DNA of 16,803 bases, from positions 1 to 16,803 of the forward strand of contig JBKPAK010000295.1 of the NCBI GenBank assembly GCA_046726415.1, read 5' to 3'. Source of the DNA: Candidatus Methylomirabilota bacterium (lineage in GTDB: Bacteria > Methylomirabilota > Methylomirabilia > Rokubacteriales > CSP1-6). Each line of letters starts with the position of its first letter. Position 1 is the first letter of the stretch. Below the pieces are notes generated by a model that was given only the letters and a program-made list of their open reading frames with translations, was not told the origin of the DNA and did not search any database. Below, in pieces: positions 1 through 6,695 of the stretch. The translations under genes were made by a program, and so were the position numbers.

Positions 1-28
1 TCTCGTTCTCGTCGCGGTACGGAAACAT
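1..28 (-). CDS. 5' end of a gene running off the left edge; probable rhomboid-family intramembrane serine protease
   Basis: The minus strand from ATG at 28 reads MFPYRDENE, resembling the M-[FI]-P-x-R-D-[DE]-N N-terminus common in bacterial rhomboid proteases. Only 9 codons are visible. Confidence 0.5.
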
Positions 29-166
29 GGTTCCCACTAGGCTACATCATCGCGACGCCCCGCGTGATCACTCGCGCCCGGCGGCCGCATCGCGCTCGTT
101 CCCGGTATTTCCCGCAAGGGCTCGTCCGCCTCGGCGGCCCCCGGGGGGGTCGGTCAGGATCTCGGC

Positions 167-280
167 ATGCCGGACTCGAACGACCCTGAAGTCGAAGCGC
201 TCTTCACCCTTTGTTCGTCCCGCTACGGCGAGCGCCTACTGAGGAGCAGGTCGCAGGGCTGGCCGGCGTGATCGAAGGGT
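167..280 (+). pseudogene. Remnant of a small amidase-associated (GatC/AtzG-like) protein
   Basis: ATG at 167 follows AGGAT and reads MPDSNDPEVEALFTL..RYGERL. After a frameshift near 237 it continues TEEQVAGLAGVIEG and then runs directly into amidase-like sequence. It resembles short helical proteins encoded upstream of amidases. Confidence 0.45.
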
Positions 281-725
281 GCGAGCACCATTCGCTGGGT
301 CGAGGGGGCCAGCGCCTTCGAAGACCTCGTCGAGTCCGGGACAATCGTCGAGCTAACGACGCCGGTGGGTACACCGCCTACGCGCGCGACGCCATCCTCG
401 CCACGGACTGCCTGAAGGCCCTTCGCCTTCGAGGCGTCGCCGCGCGGGAAATCGATCGCGTTTCTCGGCCGCTGATTCGCTGGTGGCGCCCGGCCGCGCG
501 ACCGTGGCCACGCCGCCGGACGCCGACTTCCGCAGCGTCGTGGGCGGTTCGGCCCGTACCCCATGGGCGCCGTGGGCACCGGCCATCGCCGTGCCAAACG
601 GCTTCAGCGAGGGTGGGCTGCCCACGAGCCTCCAGTTCATGGGGCGCGCTTGGGAGGAGAACGATCCTGGCCGCGGCGCCCGCCTACAGGCCCTCACCGA
701 CTCAGCTGTGGCACCCGCCTTTTGA
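281..725 (+). pseudogene. Degraded C-terminal part of an amidase-signature (GatA-like) enzyme
   Basis: Consecutive fragments in alternating frames: VEGASAFEDLVESGTIVELT / YARDAILATDCLKALRLRG / VAPGRATVATP / PMGAVG / PAIAVPNGFSEGGLPTSLQFMGRAWEEN / TILAAAPAY / QALTD. These match the amidase C-terminal P-x-I-x-V-P-x-G-F...GLP-x-x-LQ-x-x-GR motif. There are about six frameshifts, and the GGSS catalytic signature region is absent. Confidence 0.8.
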
Positions 726-891
726 GTAGCGCGGCGTGTCGGGGAGCTGACTGCCGGCAGAACCAGCCTGGCGCCGGTCAGAGAACCTGGGCGATCGGCG
801 CTGGGTCGACATCGCCGCGGTTCTCCTCGGGGTGAAGTCGAGGTAATGTACCGGCGGAGTCTGGGTACCCGCCGATACCCGAGGGAGACAT

Positions 892-1377
892 ATGGTGGAT
901 CCTGTGCAGCTGCGCCGGCTGATTGCGTACAACCAGTGGGCTGATGAGAGGCTGCTCGCCGCGGTGGACGGCCTGAGCGCGGAAGAGCTGGAGCAACCCC
1001 GCGCTGCGTACTTCGGAAACCTCGCCAATAACCTCTGGCACATGCTGACCGTGCAGCGGCTTTGGCTGGCCCGATGGACGGGTGACTCACTGCCGCCCAC
1101 CGAGCGTCCGATGATCCCGTCCTGGCGCGCGGCCTATGCCGCTTCGCACGCGGCGCTGCGCGACTACGTGGCGAGCCTGACCGCGGCCGATCTCGAGCGC
1201 CTGGTGAAGTACGCCACGCGCAGCGGCGTACCCCGCGAGCAGCCACTCGGCCAGCTGATCCTGCACTTGGCCAACCACGGTACGGCCCACCGGGCCGAGA
1301 CCGGTCTGCTTCTTGAGCGCTTCGGGCACTCGCCGGGTGACCTCGACTACACGATCTTCATGAACGAGGTGCCGTAG
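892..1377 (+). CDS. DinB/YfiT-family protein (putative metal-dependent thiol transferase or hydrolase; not DNA polymerase IV)
   Basis: 161 aa, with GAGGGAG RBS upstream. Motifs: YNQWADERL N-terminus, LWHML..QRLWLARW, and LILHLANHGTAHRAE His motif. Confidence 0.9.
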   Translation: MVDPVQLRRLIAYNQWADERLLAAVDGLSAEELEQPRAAYFGNLANNLWHMLTVQRLWLARWTGDSLPPTERPMIPSWRAAYAASHAALRDYVASLTAADLERLVKYATRSGVPREQPLGQLILHLANHGTAHRAETGLLLERFGHSPGDLDYTIFMNEVP

Positions 1378-1380
1378 GCG

Positions 1381-2268
1381 GTGGCGGGCGGCGGTACGGC
1401 GACCGCGGTCACCTGGGCCCGGCCCGCCTGGGAGCGCCGCCGCGCGCGCCTGGCCCTCTTGCTGGCTCCCGCCGCGTTCGTTCTCGCCGTGCTCTTCGTC
1501 TATCCACTGGTCCGCATGGGAAGCCTCTCCGTGCGCACCGTGTTCCCGGGCGCTTGGGAGATGACCGGCGCGCACTACGCCAAGTTCGTCACCGATCCGT
1601 ACTTTCAGCGGGTGATCCTGACGACCTTTGAGCTGGCCCTCGCCGTGACAGCCCTGACCGTGGTGATCGGCTACCCGGTGGCGTACTACTTCGTGCGCTC
1701 CCGATCGCGGTACAAGCACTGGATCTTCCTCGGCGTGATCTCACCCCTCCTGGTGAGCATCGTCGTGCGGACGATCGGCTGGACCATCGTGCTCGGCAAC
1801 GAAGGGCTGGCGAATAACCTGCTGCGCGGGCTCGGCGTGATCCGGGAGCCACTGGCCTTGATGAACAGTTTCTGGACCGTGACCGTGGGGCTCGTTCACG
1901 TGCTCCTGCCCTTCATGGTGCTCTCGATTGCCAGCGTGCTCGGCAAGATCGATCCCGCGCTGGAGGAATCGGCGGAGATCTTGGGCGCGAATCCCGTCTG
2001 GACGTTCTGGCGGGTGACCCTGCCCCTTTCCATCCAGGGCATCGCCGCCGGGTCTATCCTGGTCTTCTGTCTGACCATCGGCGCCTACATCACGCCGTGG
2101 TGGCTGGGGCGAGGCAAGGTGCTGCTCTTCTCCACGACGATCTACGATCAAATCCTGGTGATCATCGACTGGCCCTTCGGAGCGGCGGCGGCCATGATCC
2201 TCGTAGCGGCGACGCTCGCCATCCTCCTGGCCTACTTCGCCCTCATCCGCCGGGTGGCGCGGCGGTGA
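1381..2268 (+). CDS. ABC transporter permease (PotB-like)
   Basis: About six hydrophobic segments, GYPVAY and SIVVRTIGW motifs, and the EAA loop LEESAEILGANPVWTFWRVTLPL. GTG start lies 3 nt after the DinB stop. Confidence 0.93.
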   Translation: MAGGGTATAVTWARPAWERRRARLALLLAPAAFVLAVLFVYPLVRMGSLSVRTVFPGAWEMTGAHYAKFVTDPYFQRVILTTFELALAVTALTVVIGYPVAYYFVRSRSRYKHWIFLGVISPLLVSIVVRTIGWTIVLGNEGLANNLLRGLGVIREPLALMNSFWTVTVGLVHVLLPFMVLSIASVLGKIDPALEESAEILGANPVWTFWRVTLPLSIQGIAAGSILVFCLTIGAYITPWWLGRGKVLLFSTTIYDQILVIIDWPFGAAAAMILVAATLAILLAYFALIRRVARR

Positions 2269-3092
2269 GCATGGCCATGGCGAGGCCAGGCGACACGGCG
2301 CGGCGCCGACGGGCGGAGCGGCTGCTCGCCTGGTACGTGGCCGCGGTGCTGGCCTTCCTGGCCCTGCCCATCCTGGTAGTCATACCGTCGGCGTTCAGTG
2401 CGGGGCCCAATCTCGGCTTTCCGCCGCAAGGCCTGTCCCTCAAGTGGTTCAAGAACGTCGTCGATCATCCGGAGTTCCTGCGCGCTCTCGGCATGAGCCT
2501 CGCGGTGGCCCTGATCTCTACCGCCCTCTCTCTGACCCTGGGCACCTTGGCCGCGTTCGGCCTGGTGCGCCACCGCTTCCCCGGCCGAGAGCTGTTCCAG
2601 CTCGTGTTCGTGGCGCCGCTGGTGTTTCCCGCCATCGTGTACGGCGTGGCCATGCTCATGGTGCTGAGCCCTCTCAGGCTGACGCGCACGATTCTCGGGC
2701 TCACCCTGGCCCATCTGGTGATCACCCTGCCCTACGTGGTGCGGACCCTTAGCGCGACTCTCTATGGAGTCGATCGCCGGCTCGAGGAGTCTGCGCAGAT
2801 TCTAGGCGCGAACCCGTGGCGCACCTTCTGGCACGTCACCTTTCCCCTCATCAGGCCGGGACTGATCGCCGGAGCGACCTTCTCCCTCATCGTCTCCTTC
2901 GACGAGTTCACCGTGTCGCTGTTCCTCACTGGCCCGGGCCTGATGACACTGCCGTTGGAGATCTACCACTACACGGAGTTCACCATCGACCCGACCATCG
3001 CTGCCATCTCGACGGTCCTGATCGTGCTGTCGGTGGTGACCATCATGGCCATCGAGCGCTTCCTCGGCTTCGAGCGCCACTTCCAGCTGTGA
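2265..3092 (+). CDS. ABC transporter permease (PotC-like)
   Basis: FPPQGLSLKWF, LEESAQILGANPWRTFWHVTFPL (EAA loop), SFDEF and TLPLEIY motifs. The start is probably GTG 2265 (GTGA overlap with the upstream stop) or ATG 2271, not the ORF-track start at 2097. Confidence 0.93.
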   Translation: MSMAMARPGDTARRRRAERLLAWYVAAVLAFLALPILVVIPSAFSAGPNLGFPPQGLSLKWFKNVVDHPEFLRALGMSLAVALISTALSLTLGTLAAFGLVRHRFPGRELFQLVFVAPLVFPAIVYGVAMLMVLSPLRLTRTILGLTLAHLVITLPYVVRTLSATLYGVDRRLEESAQILGANPWRTFWHVTFPLIRPGLIAGATFSLIVSFDEFTVSLFLTGPGLMTLPLEIYHYTEFTIDPTIAAISTVLIVLSVVTIMAIERFLGFERHFQL

Positions 3093-3263
3093 GAGCGCGT
3101 CGGTCGCTCACGACTCTGATCGGCCGCGCGAGCGACCGCCCACGGAGATTCCGGCGGGGCATGGGCCGGCGACCCCTGGTGAGAGCGCGTCGGTCGCTCA
3201 CGACTCTGATCGGCCGCGCGAGCGACCGCCCACGGAGATTCCGGCGGGGCATGGGCGGGCGAC
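3089..3263. repeat. Tandem duplication of an 85-bp hairpin-forming (REP-like) element, period 90 bp
   Basis: 3089-3173 equals 3179-3263 with one mismatch (3167 C vs 3257 G). Each copy contains CGGTCGCTC...GAGCGACCG (9-bp stem). The second copy continues into GGGCATGGGC...GCCCATGCCC (3247-3282). Confidence 0.95.
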
Positions 3264-3303
3264 AGCCCGGGTGCCCATGCCCAGTCCAACAGAGGAGATA
3301 GAC

Positions 3304-4413
3304 ATGGGCCCACGTGACGAACAGCGCTACATACTGCAGTGCTTCGCCCGCGACCTTTCCCGGCGTGCCATTCTCAAGAGTCTCATCGCGGCGGGAGCCG
3401 GCGTGGCCAGCCTCACCCGCTTTGCTGAGCCCCTCGCCGAGGCCTCCGGCGCAGATGTGGCCGACCTGACGATCTTCGCCTGGCCCGGCCTCGTCCCCGA
3501 CATCCTCAAGGAGCGCTCCATCGCGCCCTTCAACAAGGCCCATCCCAAGGTGAGCGTCAAGCTCGACATCAGCACCAATGCCGTGATGTATCCCAAGATG
3601 CTCGCCGCCAAGGCGAACCCCATCATCAGCGGCGGGATGTTCAACGACATCTTCGTGCAGAAGGGCATCGTGGACGGCCTGTGGATGAAGCCGGACGATG
3701 CGTGGATGCCCAACCGCAGGAATGTTCCTGGCGAGCTGATGCCTCCGGGAGGCTACGGGACGATCTTCCAGTTCACGCCGTTCGGGATCATGTACAACCC
3801 CGACCGAGTCGAGAAGCCCAAGTCGTGGGCCGACCTGTGGGACGCCAAGTACAAGGGCCGCGTGGAGATGTGGGACAGTTACTTCGACGCCTACATCGCC
3901 GCCGCCGTGATGTCCGGCAAGGGCCCCAACGTCGAGGAAGGCATCAAGCTCTGGGTACCCCACAAGCAGAACATCGGTGCCTGGACGACGTCGCCCACGA
4001 AGGTCGAGGACGACATCGCCCGCGGCGAGATGTGGCTGGCCCCCCACTGGGGCTCGTGGTGCGAGCAGGCGCGGAGTCAGGGCAAGAAGGTCGCCTTCAC
4101 CATTCCCAAGGAGGGCGCCGTGCAGTGGGGCGGACACATGGTAACGGTGGCGGGCTTCCCCCCGAAGGTCACCGAGCTGACCCAGCGCTATCTCGACACC
4201 TGGAACTCCGACGAGTGCCAGCTCGGCTGGGTGACCAAGGGCTTCTTCGGCCCCGCCAACCGCAACGTCAAGATTCCGCCCGAACTGTTGAAGCTCGAGG
4301 CCATGATGACGGCGGACGACGCGGCCAAGAAGCTGATCCGCTACGACGTCAAGTCGGTCGGCGAGCGCATCCCAAAGCTCAAGGCCATGATCGACCAGAC
4401 GCTCAAGGTCTGA
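3304..4413 (+). CDS. ABC transporter substrate-binding protein (PotD/PotF-like), Tat-exported
   Basis: AGAGGAG RBS before ATG 3304. Twin-arginine signal LSRRAILK plus hydrophobic stretch and AEA; GIMYNPDRV, PKSWADLWD..YKGRV and IPKEGA motifs. Confidence 0.92.
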   Translation: MGPRDEQRYILQCFARDLSRRAILKSLIAAGAGVASLTRFAEPLAEASGADVADLTIFAWPGLVPDILKERSIAPFNKAHPKVSVKLDISTNAVMYPKMLAAKANPIISGGMFNDIFVQKGIVDGLWMKPDDAWMPNRRNVPGELMPPGGYGTIFQFTPFGIMYNPDRVEKPKSWADLWDAKYKGRVEMWDSYFDAYIAAAVMSGKGPNVEEGIKLWVPHKQNIGAWTTSPTKVEDDIARGEMWLAPHWGSWCEQARSQGKKVAFTIPKEGAVQWGGHMVTVAGFPPKVTELTQRYLDTWNSDECQLGWVTKGFFGPANRNVKIPPELLKLEAMMTADDAAKKLIRYDVKSVGERIPKLKAMIDQTLKV

Positions 4414-4457
4414 GGACCCACGCGGGCGCAGATCTCGGTCCGCGCCAGCTATCTCGC

Positions 4458-5549
4458 GTGAGCGCTCTCGTCGACGTTCAGCTCGAGCACGTCACCAAGC
4501 GCTTCGGTGCGGTGACCGCAGTGAACGCGGTGTCCCTCGAGGTCGCGCAGGGCGAGGTACTCGCCCTCCTCGGCCCCTCGGGCTGCGGCAAGACGACCAC
4601 CCTGCGCATGATTGCCGGCTTCGAGGATCCCGACGCCGGCGTGCTCCGCATCAAGGGTGCAGTGGTCAACGACGTGCCGACCTACCGTCGCAACCTCGGC
4701 ATGGTATTCCAGCACTACGCCCTCTTCCCCCACATGTCGGTGTACGAGAACGTGGCCTTCGGCCTGCGCATGCGCGGCACGTCGCGGGCGGAGACGCGCC
4801 GTCTGGTGAGCGAGGCCATGGCTCTCGTCCGCCTCCAGGGGCTGGAAGAACGGCATCCGTCGCAGCTCTCCGGCGGCCAGCAGCAGCGCGTGGCCCTCGC
4901 TCGGGCCATCGTCACCAAGCCGGCCGTTCTGCTGCTCGACGAGCCGCTGGGCGCCCTCGATAAGAAGCTGCGCGAGCAGATGCAGATCGAGATCCGAACG
5001 CTCCAGCGCGAGCTTGACATCACTACCCTTTTCGTGACCCACGATCAGGAGGAAGCGCTCACCCTGGCCGACCGCATTGCCGTGATGGAAGGCGGGCAGA
5101 TCATCCAGATCGGGACGCCCACGGAGATCTACGAGCGCCCGCGCTCCCGCTTTGTCTCGGATTTCATCGGCATCTCCAACTTCTTGGCCGGGCGCGTGGT
5201 AGATCGGGGCGCCGCCACGGTCACGGTAGAAGTCGGTGCGCTCCGCGTCCACGCCATGGGTGGGGACGGGCTCGCCCCGGGCGACCGCGTCGAGGTGGCC
5301 GTGCGCCCGGAGAAGATCCGTCTTTCCGTCGAGCCGCCTGCGCTGCCGAACTGCGCGCAGGGGCGAATCGAGAACGTCGTCTACCTCGGAGCCGTGACCT
5401 TCTATTACCTGCGGCTTCCCGGCGACGCGCGCCTGGTCGTCATGGAGCAGAACCACACGTCCCAGCCACCGGGCGCGGGGCATCCGGTGGGATCGACCGT
5501 CTACGCGGGTTGGGAGGTTGACAGCTCCCTGCCCCTCCGGCAGGGATAG
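4458..5549 (+). CDS. ABC transporter ATP-binding subunit (PotA-like) with C-terminal TOBE domain
   Basis: Walker A GPSGCGKTT, Q-loop VFQHYALFPH, signature LSGGQQQR, Walker B LLLDEPLGALD, VTHDQEEA, and VRPE. Probable GTG start at 4458; the ORF-track extension from 3681 overlaps the binding-protein gene. Confidence 0.95.
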   Translation: MSALVDVQLEHVTKRFGAVTAVNAVSLEVAQGEVLALLGPSGCGKTTTLRMIAGFEDPDAGVLRIKGAVVNDVPTYRRNLGMVFQHYALFPHMSVYENVAFGLRMRGTSRAETRRLVSEAMALVRLQGLEERHPSQLSGGQQQRVALARAIVTKPAVLLLDEPLGALDKKLREQMQIEIRTLQRELDITTLFVTHDQEEALTLADRIAVMEGGQIIQIGTPTEIYERPRSRFVSDFIGISNFLAGRVVDRGAATVTVEVGALRVHAMGGDGLAPGDRVEVAVRPEKIRLSVEPPALPNCAQGRIENVVYLGAVTFYYLRLPGDARLVVMEQNHTSQPPGAGHPVGSTVYAGWEVDSSLPLRQG

Positions 5550-5574
5550 GCGCTGAGAGAGCAGAGGCTCAGCC

Positions 5575-6315
5575 ATGGCCGTCCAGGTGCGCTTCGTCGG
5601 CTCGGGGGATTCGTTTGGCAGCGGAGGGCGCTTTCAGACCTGCATCCTGGTCGACGCTCCCGACCTCCGGTTCGCCATCGACTTCGGAACTTCTTCGCTC
5701 ATCGCCCTCGCCCAGCAGGGCATCGAGCACAACAGCATTGACGTCATCCTGCTCACGCACCTGCACGGCGATCACTGCGGGGGCGTGCCCTTCCTCTTGG
5801 TGGACGCCATGCTCGGCGCCAAGCGCGTCCGCCCGCTGACCATCGGGGGGCCGAGAGACCTCGCCGCGCGCATGAGCGAGATCTCGGAGGCACTGTTCCC
5901 CGGCATGCACGTCATGCAGCCCAGGTTCCCGCTGCAGTATGTGGAGCTCGAGGTTGGAAAGCCCAACCGGATCCGCGATCTCGTGGTGATTCCCCAGGTG
6001 GCCCGACACACCCGAGAGACGAACCCCCTGGCGCTCCGGGTCGAGGTGGCGGGCAAGGTCGTGGCCTACACGGGCGACGGCGAATGGACTGACGATCTGG
6101 CGAAAATCGGGCGCGATGCCGACCTGCTGATCGCCGAGTGCTACTACTACGCGAAACCCGTCAGGTGGCATCTGAACTACCTGGTGCTGGCCGAACACCT
6201 GCGGGACGTCGGCGCTCGGCGAGTGATCCTGACTCACATGAGCCAAGAGATGCTGGCGCACGCCGCCGAGATCCCGGAGGAGTGCGCCCACGACGGTCTT
6301 GTCGTCGAGGTTTGA
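5575..6315 (+). CDS. MBL-fold metallo-hydrolase (RNase Z/phosphodiesterase-like subgroup)
   Basis: GSGDSFGSGGR N-terminus, THLHGDH metal-binding motif, YTGDG, and ILTHM. Confidence 0.92.
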   Translation: MAVQVRFVGSGDSFGSGGRFQTCILVDAPDLRFAIDFGTSSLIALAQQGIEHNSIDVILLTHLHGDHCGGVPFLLVDAMLGAKRVRPLTIGGPRDLAARMSEISEALFPGMHVMQPRFPLQYVELEVGKPNRIRDLVVIPQVARHTRETNPLALRVEVAGKVVAYTGDGEWTDDLAKIGRDADLLIAECYYYAKPVRWHLNYLVLAEHLRDVGARRVILTHMSQEMLAHAAEIPEECAHDGLVVEV

Positions 6316-6323
6316 CCCGTGTC

Positions 6324-6357
6324 GGGGTGGGTGCACCACGCCAGGCGCACCCTCCCC
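6324..6357. other. GC-rich stem-loop after the MBL gene (REP-like element or transcript 3'-end hairpin)
   Basis: GGGGTGGGTGC (6324-6334) pairs with GCACCCTCCCC (6347-6357) with one mismatch and a 12-nt loop. No U-tract follows. Confidence 0.55.
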
Positions 6358-6477
6358 CAATCCTGAGAGAGGTGGTCGGGCTGTCCTGGCGCGCGACATC
6401 CCGCCGTCTCCTCCGCACGAATCGGCAACTCGCTCCGTGCCGACCCACGCCGTATCCCCTCTATCGGCCGGGGTACG

Positions 6478-6506
6478 TTGAAGTCCGCGTCACGCGGCGA
6501 TAGATT
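6478..6506 (+). promoter_or_regulatory. Sigma70-type promoter with a palindrome in the spacer
   Basis: TTGAAG (6478-6483), 17-nt spacer, TAGATT (6501-6506). The spacer contains the perfect inverted repeat CCGCGT-C-ACGCGG (6485-6497). ATG 6513 lies at the expected +1 position. Confidence 0.65.
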
Positions 6507-6512
6507 GTGGCG

Positions 6513-6692
6513 ATGGCAGGCCACGGACAGGGCGACCGGAACCGCGAAATCGATGCTAGAAACGCTGCGCGTTCTGCGGGCCGATGGGCAGCGCGCGGAC
6601 GAAGAGCGGCGGCGGTCCGGCGAACGGTGACGCGACGAACGGCGGGGGCGATCCGGCGACCAGTGGCGCGAAGAGCCTCCCCCGGGAGATAG
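6513..6692 (+). pseudogene. Decayed leaderless gene for a charged repeat protein (alternatively a 59-aa Arg-rich leader ORF)
   Basis: ATG 6513 gives MAGHGQGDRNREI. A +1 shift at about 6552 continues MLETLRVLRADGQRADEERRRSGER*RDERRGRSGDQWREE. Two 30-bp repeats (6611-6640, 6647-6676; 24/30 identical) align TGA 6628 with TGG 6664. Confidence 0.4.
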
Positions 6693-6695
6693 TCC

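Noticed and set aside
111..149. Cluster of tiny hairpins (CCC-GCAA-GGG, CCGCC-TC-GGCGG, CCCCC-GGGGG) as an ncRNA
   Set aside because: Stems are only 3-5 bp in GC-rich DNA and match no RNA family I recognise.
892..1377. DinB as DNA polymerase IV or an SOS gene
   Set aside because: At 161 aa with a His-triad helical-bundle pattern it belongs to the DinB/YfiT superfamily, which is unrelated to Y-family polymerases.
3089..3263. Repeat pair as a CRISPR array
   Set aside because: Only two 85-bp copies separated by 5 nt, with no unique spacers and no cas genes.
3681..4457. N-terminal extension of the ABC ATPase (also the ORF-track starts at 2097, 8558 and 12473)
   Set aside because: The extensions overlap upstream genes or lack an RBS. 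Family similarity begins at 4458, 2265/2271, 8756 and 12536.
6628..6630. In-frame TGA as selenocysteine or a recoded Trp
   Set aside because: TGA is used as a normal stop in many genes here, no SECIS-like context is evident, and a TGG-to-TGA nonsense mutation is simpler.
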